64,000 bases of DNA from Candidatus Latescibacterota bacterium (GTDB lineage: Bacteria; Latescibacterota; UBA2968; UBA8231). The position numbers were made by a program, and so were the translations under genes. Under the pieces are notes generated by a model. That model did not search any database. It was not told the DNA's origin and saw nothing but the letters and a program-made list of their open reading frames with translations. Shown here piece by piece: positions 10,448 to 20,003 of this stretch. The stretch is from positions 4,488,175 to 4,552,174 of the forward strand of contig OZ244235.1 in assembly GCA_965217095.1 (NCBI GenBank), written 5' to 3'. Each line of letters opens with the position of its first letter. Position 1 is the stretch's first letter.

Positions 10448-10893
10448 GAATGGGTTTTGGGGGTGGAATAAAGCTAGAATTTCATGGTGCAAAGGTGACC
10501 TCTGACAGTGGTCTTTTAGCGTATCGTGAACGTGATGATGCGCGGGGATTATTCGATGCCGTGTCGACGGCTTTATCGGACCCACGTACTGGCCGTAACA
10601 TCCAACATGCGATGGCTACCTTATTACGCCGATCCATCTATAGCCGTCTTGCGGGGTATGAAGATGTCAATGACGCCGAGCGTCTCTCGGTTGATCCTGT
10701 CATGAGAGCGATCACCGGGAAAAGGGCGCCCAACAAACAGGCCGCCAGCGTCAACACGATGGGGCGTTTTGAAACGGAGATACTGACTCGGCAAGAGCAT
10801 CTCAGAAACTTGTCAGATATCAATGGCAAGTGGGTTCAAAAAGCGAGGGGGAAAAACGAATTCCTTGCCGAGATCAAAGGCATATTGCCCTGA
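10448..10893 (+). pseudogene. IS1380/IS4-like DDE transposase, N-terminal ~148 aa only. It starts inside the IS256 right inverted repeat.
   Basis: IKLEFHGAKVTSDSGLLAYRE…NIQHAMATLLRRSIYSRLAGYEDVNDAERLSVDP, characteristic of IS1380-family transposase N-termini. Truncated; full length is ~450 aa. Confidence 0.4.
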
Positions 10894-11287
10894 CAGTACT
10901 TGGAGCGCTGTCCAAATTTCATAGCTGCGTGTGGCGATATCCATGGTTACGGGTTCGATGCGGACGAAGCCCTGGGTGACTTGCCAGGGGGGGTGGAAAG
11001 TAATAAAAAGTTGGTTTCCGCCAAACCGTCCGCCGGCCAGAACACTTGTAAGCAATTGTCATGGAGTCGCCCAAAAAAGACAGTCAGACGGCAATCCGTC
11101 TGACAGCATGCGAGCCGCCCGGGCAGAATCCACAGAATGTGGGATCAAGAATTGGCGGTACCGGCCCGGAAAAACCCAAGATCCAGTGAGTTTGCAGGCC
11201 ATTCGAAAGGAAAATAATGCGAATTGAGGCTAATATCTGGTTGGCATCGGCATCCACCCGGAAGACACAGCATGGCCAGTCACGCCG

Positions 11288-11482
11288 TCATGTCCGGCGA
11301 GAGCCTGCCCCTGGTCGGCAAAGCTGCTCGGGCACCGACGCCATCGCACGACGGCAGGCTACGCCCACCTCCTCGCTCTCATGGTCGAATACCATCCGAA
11401 CCGCCCGCTCGCGTACCTCGGGGGAATACCTGTGTCGTTGTGCCATGACTCCAATCCTCTCAAGAAAAGGAGTCTCCGGCAA
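11288..11482 (-). pseudogene. IS3-family (IS6110/IS51-like) orfA N-terminal remnant.
   Basis: QRHRYSPEVRERAVRMVFDHESEE resembles IS3-family OrfA (…RRYPPELRERAVRMV…). Only ~60 aa, then degenerate. Confidence 0.3.
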
Positions 11483-11552
11483 GTCCGGGGAGATTCACTC
11501 CTTCATGTGAAGCGCTCGACACGAATGACTGCTGTTTTGTGGCTTGAAGAGA

Positions 11553-12530
11553 CTATGGCTGAGAGGACCATGGGATTTCCACGGTGTAGTGCCAGATACG
11601 GGAGACTCCGAGGCTAGTCTGTCGATCGTGCGTGGCGCAGATCGGGTAGAGCATGCTGACAGGAAGACCGTAGCACTCCGTCAGATAGAAGATCGTAAAT
11701 CCCAGAGCCTGAGCTTTCGTCGCCAGAGGACAGATATACATATTAGAGAACCTATGCTCCTTGGCTATTTCACTTAGCACGCCGGCTGTGATGAACGGGT
11801 CATAGGCCGGGGCAAAGAAGTTGCCAGGTCTATTCCCCACATCGACTCCTACGATCTCAGAAGCGCGGTACGCCCTCAGCACGTTCTCTTGGTACATCTC
11901 CGCTCTGAGTGATGGAAGACCAAACAGCATCAACTTGCGGGAGTTTTTTTTGTAGTCTGCGACCTGTGCTATGAGTTCGTCATCGTACCCTGCCCCGATG
12001 ATGAGCAGGTCGTTCGACGTATCAGCAGTGTGAAGGCCCTCGAACCCCACGACTTGGCGGACTTCCTTGACGACTGCATCTGAGAAGCGAGTCTCTTCCT
12101 TTCTGGCGTAGTAGGCCGGCTCAGCGAAAAGGACGTCAAATTTCTCCAGGCCGAGTTCCAGCAACCATCTTAATAGGAACATCATATACGGTTTGACAAA
12201 ACCGGTTATGTCTATACATACCCTATTGCCACTGACGTCATCGATGCCTGCCGAAGCGAAGCACTGCTTGATGAACTCTGCCTCGTCGGAACAAGGAATA
12301 GCATGGCATTGTCCACTTGGATGCTCGTGGTCGGCGTATTTATAGTCCGGGAGCATCAGCCAATGCTTGGAATCAGCGCGCACGTTGTCATATACCGTTT
12401 GGACTCTTTCACTAGAGTTGTATGCAGAAATGAACAAGTCCCAGTCCAGTTGCCACTGGGACTGCGGATCAAGATTACCCTTGTAGTAGATCGAGTAGTC
12501 AGCCATCGAAGAGATCTTTCTGCTCATCAC
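11553..12530 (-). CDS. Hypothetical protein (325 aa). Fourth and last gene of the lower-GC MTase–NTPase operon. Rossmann-like stretch NDLLIIGAGYDDELIAQVADY.
   Basis: Coherent, non-low-complexity ORF. Its start overlaps the stop of the upstream NTPase gene. GC is lower than the surrounding sequence. Confidence 0.55.
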   Translation of the reverse strand: MMSRKISSMADYSIYYKGNLDPQSQWQLDWDLFISAYNSSERVQTVYDNVRADSKHWLMLPDYKYADHEHPSGQCHAIPCSDEAEFIKQCFASAGIDDVSGNRVCIDITGFVKPYMMFLLRWLLELGLEKFDVLFAEPAYYARKEETRFSDAVVKEVRQVVGFEGLHTADTSNDLLIIGAGYDDELIAQVADYKKNSRKLMLFGLPSLRAEMYQENVLRAYRASEIVGVDVGNRPGNFFAPAYDPFITAGVLSEIAKEHRFSNMYICPLATKAQALGFTIFYLTECYGLPVSMLYPICATHDRQTSLGVSRIWHYTVEIPWSSQP

Positions 12531-14538
12531 CCGGCGTTGTCGTGGGCCTCTTCTCGATGCGCCGTCCGAACTCAGGAGCCGTCATCCTATCCACCCGCGA
12601 GGCCAAAACTTCGGGAAAACGATCACTGTGTGTTTCGTCAAATATGGCGTCTGCTTCGGAGGCTTTGAGAGCGATTGCCCCCCTCCGCGAAATTGGGAGA
12701 TCCCATCGCGGTGCGAGCATGGGAACGAGCTGAAGTTTCGCATCCACCCGGGGAGTGTTCCTGTCCTTCTGTCCTCCTGACACATCCACGAGGAGCGACC
12801 AGCTTATCGCGAGGTGGATGTTAGAGCGGCTGCGCTCTGAGATGCTTGCCAAATCGACGGAGAAGGCACACAGAGAGCACTCCGATGGCTTGTCTGAGAA
12901 CCGAATTGCTCTGAACAGTGTAGCTAGACGCTCCACACCCTTTAGAACCTCAGGAGATCTAGCACCAGGAACTCTGGCGTCGCGGTAAAACCACTCCGAT
13001 GCCTCACGCACCCCCTCAGTCTGTGTGGCATGGCCCATCTGTGTCGATGAGTAAGGATCCTCACCGTTGAAGATCGCCCAGCGATGTGTGTGCTTAAGAA
13101 TCGTGAGTAATGCACGCGGTAGCCCACAGGACATGTCAACGAAGGTCTTGAACCCAAGATACCTTTGGGGTAGCTGGAGTTCGCGCAGCAATTGGGCGAT
13201 TAGGTCCCTTTTGAAGTGGGCCAGGGCATGGTGATGTCGGCCCTTCGAGCCTGTGTCGTCGCGGTAGGCGTGTGCGCTAATAGCTATTTCACGGGCGGAT
13301 TCGCGCAGGTCCCTGTTGGCACTCCAATCCTTGTATAGCAAAAAAGTGCTAGTCTTCTCCAATAGGGGAGCCCCCGCTATGCGCAGTGCATCAATCACCA
13401 TGTCAGCGTCTCTAGCCTCAGTGAGACCCGGAGCTATCTGGAGCTCAATTCCTCTTAATAGCTTATCCCTCAGGGCCTCGAAGTACGGCTGCCTATCGGG
13501 CAAGCGTGTTGTACCGGTACCTTGTGCATCCCACCCACTTCCGGGCAAATAGAAGAGTCCCATGGCATCGACAGGATCTTCTTGCATTGGAGTGGGCAAA
13601 GCGACTCCAGACTTGAGAAGCCGTCTTGTGCAGAGCATTGCGGCAAACTTAGCGTAATTGGGCCTTTTTCTGACTCGATCGTCCAGCCGCATCTCCTCGA
13701 ACTCAGATCCCTCTCTGTTGACCTCTTCCGCACTCAATGTTTCGTACGTCCTGATTCCGTATCTCCGGGCACCTACTCTGAATGAACAGGGGGCCTCCCG
13801 CTCTCGGATTAGCGTGTTGACGTATCTCTGATGGTTAGCGGTTAGGTTCTCTAACTCGTCAATCAGGTATAAGAAAAGCACAGACTGGAGTCCGGGTATC
13901 TCCTCCGCCAGTATCTGCGGCACGCCATACACGAGTCGTCCAGGGCTAGAGAGGATCCTTGAGTTTATCTTGCCGGTGATAGGGGCGTTATTGACGGCCA
14001 AGTCGAGCTCCCGCTGCAGCGACTGAAATGCGGAGAGCAGCTCGGACAGGGCCTTGGGCTCCTGACCAAGCGGAGCATCGAAGCACGTGCCAATTATGCG
14101 GGAGACGATCCGCTCCTCCTGCAAATCAGTCTCAGTTTCTACTAGGGCCTCAGCTACCGCAGCAACGACGAGCTGAGAGAGCCACAGGTCGCTGTAATAA
14201 GCGAACAAGCTTGCCCATGCCTCATCTGAAAGCCCACGTCCAGAGAATCTGCTCGCATTCAAGCCCGTACACCGTAGATAGATTCCGATATATCCCTCTT
14301 TCGCGATGCCCTGTAACGCTGAGTCATGGCACCGCAGCCTCTGTAGGGGGAAAGAGAAGTATCGCATCAGGTGGGTCTTACCGCTTCCCTTGCCCCCGAG
14401 CAGCAGCATCGGCATCGGGGAGGTAGGCTTGAGGAACTCCTCGAATCCGCCTCCTGGCATGTCTACCCAGTAGTCATGGATCTGCTCGTCCGAGAAATCG
14501 ACTGCTTGAGTGACATTGAATGGATTGTCAACGCGCAT
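12499..14538 (-). CDS. P-loop NTPase (679 aa) with widely spaced Walker A and Walker B motifs, reminiscent of ABC/AAA_15-21-type or ORC-like defence ATPases.
   Basis: Walker A LLLGGKGSGKTHLMRY near aa 48. Walker B LFLYLIDELENL near aa 240. Translationally coupled to both neighbouring genes. Confidence 0.6.
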   Translation of the reverse strand: MRVDNPFNVTQAVDFSDEQIHDYWVDMPGGGFEEFLKPTSPMPMLLLGGKGSGKTHLMRYFSFPLQRLRCHDSALQGIAKEGYIGIYLRCTGLNASRFSGRGLSDEAWASLFAYYSDLWLSQLVVAAVAEALVETETDLQEERIVSRIIGTCFDAPLGQEPKALSELLSAFQSLQRELDLAVNNAPITGKINSRILSSPGRLVYGVPQILAEEIPGLQSVLFLYLIDELENLTANHQRYVNTLIREREAPCSFRVGARRYGIRTYETLSAEEVNREGSEFEEMRLDDRVRKRPNYAKFAAMLCTRRLLKSGVALPTPMQEDPVDAMGLFYLPGSGWDAQGTGTTRLPDRQPYFEALRDKLLRGIELQIAPGLTEARDADMVIDALRIAGAPLLEKTSTFLLYKDWSANRDLRESAREIAISAHAYRDDTGSKGRHHHALAHFKRDLIAQLLRELQLPQRYLGFKTFVDMSCGLPRALLTILKHTHRWAIFNGEDPYSSTQMGHATQTEGVREASEWFYRDARVPGARSPEVLKGVERLATLFRAIRFSDKPSECSLCAFSVDLASISERSRSNIHLAISWSLLVDVSGGQKDRNTPRVDAKLQLVPMLAPRWDLPISRRGAIALKASEADAIFDETHSDRFPEVLASRVDRMTAPEFGRRIEKRPTTTPGDEQKDLFDG

Positions 14539-15494
14539 CAGGGAGTGAACTCCATCTTTGGGTACCTCCGGAAGATAGGTACCCAGGGTTTATCTTCTTC
14601 ATCGTACCAGAAGATCGGAAGCGTGTTATCTGGCGTGTTGTGATGGAAGCCGAGGAGTAGCTGTCCGTTTTCAAATCCTAGGGCGTCGTCATCGGTGAAA
14701 AGGTCACTGCCGTACTTTCGACACATAGCCTCGGTTCGCTGACGGTCGACCATGGAAGAGGCTGCAGGGAAGTACCGAGACACTTGGCCAAAGCATTTGT
14801 AGGAAGAATCCAGTACATGAATAGCCCTAACCTCATCAAACAGGCTGTTGGCGATGATATTGTCACGCCCCTCCTCGGTTGCGAACAGGAGGTGGTAATC
14901 GACCGTGGCATCTGGGTTGGCGTGCTTAAGATCGGCCAATACTTCCTCGGAGTATGTGACTGCCTGTGTTCCACTTCCACAGAAGTCATCAATGAACACA
15001 TAATGCGAAACATCAGGGAATCGGACTTCTGCGACGCCCTGAGAACCGTACCGCCGGAACACCTCGTGCGTATGCACGAATAGCTCCTTTGGTAGTCGGT
15101 TCTCCTGTCGATAGTAGTAAAGGAGATGGCACCCGCTCTCCGACGGATTTCCCATTCCTAGGAATCTCGTTCTCTGCAGCTCATACTCATACTTCCCATC
15201 CAGGAAGGAGACGTCGACTGTGTTTGCGTTCTGACGTCGAGCGCTCTGCACGATCGGATACTTGTAAAGATCTCTGTGCATCGCTTGCAGTAACTCGCGC
15301 ACCTCGTGGCTACCAAAGTACATGAACTGGCTGAGCAAGAAGAGTGCGTGAAAGCGTTCACCCGGTTCGTTGGGGAGATCAGCAGAGAAATTGCTTAGCC
15401 ATTCAGTGATGCTGTTCTGAGTTGCTCTGTCTTCCCAAACGGTCTCGTTCAGAATCTTCAGCTTCCGCCTCAGGTCCTCGACATATGAGTCCAC
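14538..15494 (-). CDS. Hypothetical protein (318 aa) with a phosphoribosyltransferase-like / MTase-motif-I-like signature (YVFIDDFCGSGTQA).
   Basis: hhhhDD-x-CGSGT resembles the PRTase PRPP-binding loop. It also mirrors the DPFCGSGT motif I of the upstream MTase. Its start overlaps the NTPase gene. Confidence 0.5.
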   Translation of the reverse strand: MDSYVEDLRRKLKILNETVWEDRATQNSITEWLSNFSADLPNEPGERFHALFLLSQFMYFGSHEVRELLQAMHRDLYKYPIVQSARRQNANTVDVSFLDGKYEYELQRTRFLGMGNPSESGCHLLYYYRQENRLPKELFVHTHEVFRRYGSQGVAEVRFPDVSHYVFIDDFCGSGTQAVTYSEEVLADLKHANPDATVDYHLLFATEEGRDNIIANSLFDEVRAIHVLDSSYKCFGQVSRYFPAASSMVDRQRTEAMCRKYGSDLFTDDDALGFENGQLLLGFHHNTPDNTLPIFWYDEEDKPWVPIFRRYPKMEFTP

Positions 15495-15506
15495 GCTCTA
15501 TCGCCC

Positions 15507-16874
15507 TTACCCTTTCTGGTATACGGCTGTGAGCTCAACTGGAATCAGTGCGGCGGTGTGATTGCGCTTCGTCATGAGTTGGCGAGATCGGATCTTGTTC
15601 TCAAAAACACATGCGAGGTCAAAGCCCAGCGATTCCGCTATCTCACGGATGTACTCTGTGGCGCGGAAGCGGCGACCACAGACCAGGTTATCGCCCAGTG
15701 TCAGGACCAGATGGCCACCGGGACGCAGAACTCTCCACGCCTCCTGCAGGCTTGTTCGCATCTCGCGCAGAAAACTTCCGGCAATGTGGGCTCGCAGGGG
15801 GTACTCGGTATACACCTGAGCCAGCAGGTCATCGGCTGATACGACACCTGTTGGCAGGAAGCTCTCCAATTCTGATGTAGGGTAGTGCTCACAGCCGATA
15901 GTCTTCGACTCAAGTTTTCGCAAGCCACTGGAAGCGGCGAGGTCCAGCCATCCGAGGCTGAGGCTAGTAGACCTCACATATTTCTGAGCCCCCGCGTAGG
16001 GCGGCGAGGTGAGGATAAGGTCCACGGCTTCATCCGAGAGACGACCCGTTCCATTGGTTGAGAAAGGAGCTGGGAAGTGCAATTGTCGAGCATCCACAGA
16101 GATGTGACACGGCGGCGGGTTTGGAAGGACTCGGTAGAGTGCCGCCATTCGCTTGAGGTTGACCTCTACACACCGCCGGAACACTCCAAAGACATTGACG
16201 CGACGCAATTGGCGAATGTGACGATCAGTCCTTTCGCGCAAAGGATGCGCGGGAGGGTACTGTCCTTCGCGAAGCCTAACGGGCACCGAGAGCCGTGGAT
16301 CCGCAAGGCTGGTCTTTCGAGCGCAGGACGAAAATGCAACCTGAAAGAAGCGAATGTATGCATCACTCCGGAGCGACATGATACCCTCACGGATCCTGCA
16401 GAGCTGGCGAATCACATGCGGATGGTACCAGTAGTCGATGTTGACCACATCGGGTAGAGGCTGTGTGGCACGGTCGGGGATGTTCCGTTGCAGACAATTA
16501 AATGATCTCCTTAACGCCGAGGGAGACAGTGGCTGTGTCTTCGCGGCTGCCATTAGCCGGGCGAACGGGTTCGTGTCGGAGCCTAGAGCAGGTCTTCCGG
16601 AGAGTAAGGCTTCGAGGAGCACGGTCCCGGAACCACAGAAAGGGTCCAGCACGACACCCCCAGGCGGGCAAACCTCTGGGCACTTGAGAAAGAAGTGCGG
16701 GACATGTACGAGTAGTTTGGCCGGATAGGGGTGTAGGAGATGCGTATACCTGTCAGGCGACCGAAGACCGTCAACGGCTGACCGGAAATCAAAGGGCACA
16801 GGACTGCCCTCTGTCCTGTACTGCTCGACAGCGTTACGGAGTAGCTGATTTGTGCTGGGGCAAGGATCAGCCAT
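15507..16874 (-). CDS. DNA methyltransferase (N6A or N4C), alpha-like motif order X–I–TRD–IV. First gene of the four-gene operon.
   Basis: HPYPAKLLVHVPHFF (motif X-like). GVVLDPFCGSGTVLLEALLSG…SDTNP (motif I). VDLILTSPPYAGAQKY (motif IV, SPPY). Confidence 0.65.
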   Translation of the reverse strand: MADPCPSTNQLLRNAVEQYRTEGSPVPFDFRSAVDGLRSPDRYTHLLHPYPAKLLVHVPHFFLKCPEVCPPGGVVLDPFCGSGTVLLEALLSGRPALGSDTNPFARLMAAAKTQPLSPSALRRSFNCLQRNIPDRATQPLPDVVNIDYWYHPHVIRQLCRIREGIMSLRSDAYIRFFQVAFSSCARKTSLADPRLSVPVRLREGQYPPAHPLRERTDRHIRQLRRVNVFGVFRRCVEVNLKRMAALYRVLPNPPPCHISVDARQLHFPAPFSTNGTGRLSDEAVDLILTSPPYAGAQKYVRSTSLSLGWLDLAASSGLRKLESKTIGCEHYPTSELESFLPTGVVSADDLLAQVYTEYPLRAHIAGSFLREMRTSLQEAWRVLRPGGHLVLTLGDNLVCGRRFRATEYIREIAESLGFDLACVFENKIRSRQLMTKRNHTAALIPVELTAVYQKG

Positions 16875-16948
16875 CGCTCTCGTAAGAATGGGTCAGCCAA
16901 GGATACATAGTGACGGTGTCTGTCCGATGCGGCAATTCGACATTCGGA

Positions 16949-17167
16949 TTAGGCATCCGCTGCAATGTACGCCAAAACGGACCGCCTCGCATCCGTAGCT
17001 GTGCGGATGCGGAGGGTATGTTGATGCGTGAGTCTCAGGGTTGGCCTGCTGGTTGAGTAGCCGGGGCCAGTTGCCCAGCCCCGGCCCTCACCAGAGCCGG
17101 ACTTCAGGCTCAACGCCGAGATCCCATCCTTGCCCGTGGCGAACAACCAGCAGGCCGTGAACCACAC
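16949..17167 (-). pseudogene. Fragment of an IS1595-family transposase gene. Same family as the 8770..9902 element.
   Basis: WFTACWLFATGKDGISALSLK matches WYTACWLFATGKDGISALSLKRV in the 9386..9862 ORF. The local DNA is similar to 9540-9610. Confidence 0.45.
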
Positions 17168-17194
17168 GGTCAGCGGCCCCCTGTGTCAGGATAG

Positions 17195-17462
17195 TTGTCG
17201 CGTGAATTGTCCCGCCGAACTGAGATGGGGGCGAGGGAGAATTCCCCGATGCCATACACGGATGGTTTCAAATCAAGAATGATCCAGAGGCTGGCAGCAC
17301 CCGATGGCCCCAGCGCTACGCAGACTGGCGCGGGAGGTGGGTGTGCCGCAGAGTACCCTGTCGCGCTGGCTCCGGCACCAGCATCATCGCCGCCGAGCGC
17401 CAGAACCGCACCTGTTACGCTATGGAGATAGACCAAGGCGAACCATGATATGACCCGGGAAA
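17195..17462 (+). pseudogene. HTH transposase OrfA-like (IS3/IS481-type) remnant with a frameshift.
   Basis: MPYTDGFKSRMIQRLAAPDGPSA, then in an alternative frame LRRLAREVGVPQSTLSRWLRHQ (helix-turn-helix). Confidence 0.25.
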
Positions 17463-17909
17463 AGTGGACAGTGGTTGAAGCCGCTTTCTGCAGCGATAGC
17501 CGTTCAAAAAGGGCCGGGGAGGACTCTCATGAGAAAAACGGTTGAAACGATGCCCCGGACGGTCCTGGTGGCGGCCCTGTCGGTCCGCTACAAAGGCGGA
17601 GATGATCGGCAACCCCGGAAGCGGAGGAGTTCCGGGCGGTCATGACGCACATCCGCAGAGAGGCCCGGCGCCTCCACGCCGAGCGGCTCGCGGCGGGCAT
17701 TGACGACGGCTGAGCGAACACCGCCGTTTCTTGCACGGACATAAGTCCCGGTTCTTCCGCGACTTATAGCCTATAACACATAAATCCTTCCAAAGCATGT
17801 TAAGGACAAGATTCGCCTTGCTTTCCGTTCGGGAACGAGCATTCATGTGTGTGAACACAACAACCCGATTCCATTGCCGGACAAGGGATTACTGGAATCA
17901 AGGAGAACC

Positions 17910-18165
17910 ATGGACCTGCGCGAAATCGATTTCGGGGTCGAGATAGGGACGGTCAGACGAACACGCAAACGCGTGGTCCAGGCCATCCAGTCGGTGGTGG
18001 GCGGCGAGGTCGTCGACGAGCAGGGGCGGACATGGAAGGTGACTCGGCGTTCCGGAGCGGCAGACCGGCGCCCGAGGCGGAATCATCCACAGAGGCCGGG
18101 CCGCAAACCCGGCCTCCGGCTCTTGGGGAGGACGCCAACGCCCAAACCGAAGGAGAAACGGCGCA
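17910..18165 (+). CDS. Small hypothetical basic protein (MDLREIDFGVEIGTVRRTRKRVVQAIQSVVGGEVVDEQGRTWKV…). The 3' limit is uncertain.
   Basis: SD AGGAGAACC then ATG at 17910. The ORF runs to 18251 in an Arg-rich tail that overlaps the next gene. Confidence 0.25.
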
Positions 18166-18669
18166 ATGAGAGTGCGGATCAGGAACACCGCCCTGGACGG
18201 CAAACCGCTCCAGGGCGAAGGGGATATCTTCACCGGCAAGACCGACCTTGAGGTCGTCCGGGCCATGCGGGGAGCGACGCTCTTCTCCGATCAGAACACG
18301 CTCGAGGACTACGTCGACATGGTCCTGCGCAACACCAGGATGCTCGCCGGCATCGACCTGATCGTCAAAGGCGACACGCCCGAGGAGAAGGCTTGCACCC
18401 TCCTCGCCTCCATGATCGATCACGGCTTGGCCGAACACCTCGAAGACGAGCCGCCAGCGCCGGTCACCGTGCCCGCCGCCGTCTGGCACGGCCTGGAGGC
18501 GGTGAAGGACTCCGGAACCACCAACATGCTCGACCGGCCCGCGGTCATCAAGATCGCCGAATTCCTCGGCTTTCACGAGACGGCGCGATGGATCGAGGGC
18601 CATCACGGGCAATATTCCGAAGGGCTGTTTCGGGGCTTCGTGGTCGATTCCGAGGAAGGGAAGTTCTGA
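18166..18669 (+). CDS. Hypothetical protein (167 aa).
   Basis: SD AAGGAGA ~10 nt upstream of ATG. Coherent composition. No recognised motifs. Confidence 0.4.
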   Translation: MRVRIRNTALDGKPLQGEGDIFTGKTDLEVVRAMRGATLFSDQNTLEDYVDMVLRNTRMLAGIDLIVKGDTPEEKACTLLASMIDHGLAEHLEDEPPAPVTVPAAVWHGLEAVKDSGTTNMLDRPAVIKIAEFLGFHETARWIEGHHGQYSEGLFRGFVVDSEEGKF

Positions 18670-19485
18670 TGTACGGACAGGCGGGCATCATCCTGGGCGG
18701 GAAAAGGCGCCGCGCCGGCGAGCGCGACCATCTCCCCTGGCTAGTTCACACGGCTCCTCGCGTTCAGCGAGCGGAGGGGGCCGCACACACGCCACGGGCG
18801 TGGCCTGGCTCAAGCGCCACGGGCCGGCACAAGCTCTTCAAGCGGCCGGTATGGGCCGGTCGGTTCGTTCTCCGACAAGGCGTTCCACGAGGTCCTGGCC
18901 GGGATCGACAACCGCACCACGCTGCTCTTGGATCACACCCGCCGGCGCACGCGCGGCGACGAGAAGATCAACGAGAACAACCGCCCGATCTGGGCAGGCG
19001 ACATTCTCGGTACCCACAACGGCACCATCTACAACGCCAACTACCTGTTCCGGCGGTCCAGGCGTCACCGCTTCGCCGAGGTGGACAGCGAGCTGCTCTT
19101 CGGGCTTGCCGCCCGGGCCGGGCGAAACGGCCGAAACGACATGGAGCGCTTCAAGGGCCGCCTCAAGCTCTGCCGCGGGCAGATGGCGGCGGTCATGGCC
19201 TCGCGGCGCGATCCGGAGACCACCCTCGAGCTGCGCATCCATCGGCGGCATCGGGCCATCCTCTATGCCTCCGACGCAGCGTACTTGGACGCGGTCCTGG
19301 ATGACGAGCGCGGCTGGCGCGAACTGCCCGTTCCCCCCATGAGCCTGATGGCGTTCCGGCACCGCGACCTGACGGACTGCTCGATGGAGCCGTTCGAATT
19401 CGTTGCACAGGCGAAGCGGCGGAAGAAGCCCGCGCTGGCGGAGATCATCGATGACTGGGAGAGAACGGTCCACGGGACCGGGTAG
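18669..19485 (+). pseudogene. YafJ-type class-II (Ntn) glutamine amidotransferase-like gene. Nucleophile Cys2 replaced by Tyr, plus a frameshift near 18740.
   Basis: MYGQAGIIL start (canonical MCG…). After the frame change: FTRLLAFSERRGPHTRHGRG, LDHTRRRTRGDEKINENNRPIWAGDILGTHNGTIYN and VDSELLF. These match the YafJ/GATase-2 HTR…HP…HNGxIxN…SDSE pattern. Confidence 0.45.
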
Positions 19486-19502
19486 ACCCCGAAGGAGAAC
19501 AC

Positions 19503-20003
19503 ATTGGACCTGCTGAGACTCTTCGTCTATGGCATCCTAAAGCGCGGGTACTGGAACCACGACCCCTTCTGCGAAGGCGTGCTGGAGATCCGGGACGCGT
19601 AGATTCGGGGCCGGCTGTATGAGGGGCCGGGGTTCCCGCTCCTCGAGGTTCCGGACGAGGACATCCTTGCCTGTGGGACCGCCGAACCGTTAGCCGACGT
19701 GGCCACACAGGCGCGCCTGTCCGACCGGGTGGGGCGGATAATCCCCCCGGCCGGTCCCCGGAAGCGCGACACTGGGCGCCTGGGGCACCGTGTACGGGGA
19801 GCTGCTGACCTTCGACGACCCCGACCTCCCGCCTCCCCGCCATCGACCGCCTCGAGGGCTTCCGGCCGGGCGGCCACAGTCTCTACTGGCGCGTGCTGGT
19901 CACGGCGACGGTGAACGGCGCCCGCGAGCTCGCCTGGGTCTACACGGTCGAGACGACCCGCATCAAACGGCGTCGCATCGTGTCCGGCTGCTGGCCGGAG
20001 TAG
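19503..20003 (+). pseudogene. Gamma-glutamyl cyclotransferase (GGCT/AIG2)-like gene with an in-frame TAG (19599-19601) and at least two frameshifts.
   Basis: LDLLRLFVYGILKRGYWNHDPFCEGVLEIRDA*. Then RLYEGPGFPLLEV, VYGELLTFDDPDL and IDRLEGFRPGGHSLYWRVLVTATVNGARELAWVY in shifted frames. Confidence 0.45.

Larger units (their letters stand above)
5918..10450 (+). mobile_element. IS256-family element, copy A (~1.5 kb of IS sequence). It carries a nested group II intron (6590..8499) and a nested IS1595-family element (8770..9902). Imperfect terminal inverted repeats GAG(T)TATTGTCAAA(A/T)GTTGTGGAT lie at ~5918-5941 and 10421-10448.
   Basis: Transposase segments 6074..6589 (…KRYVYLWADGI), 8500..8769 (YFNVRLQKDRPCVLVVVGATEDGHKELLAIQDGERES…QQCWVHKT) and 9903..~10450 (ANVLDKLSQRVRL…YDFPAAHWVHLRTTNPIESTFATVRHRTRQTKACGS). 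Segment 6074..6589 also has a local +1/-1 compensating frameshift pair around 6410-6470 (STSAFPEALQAIL is in the alternative frame). Confidence 0.7.
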
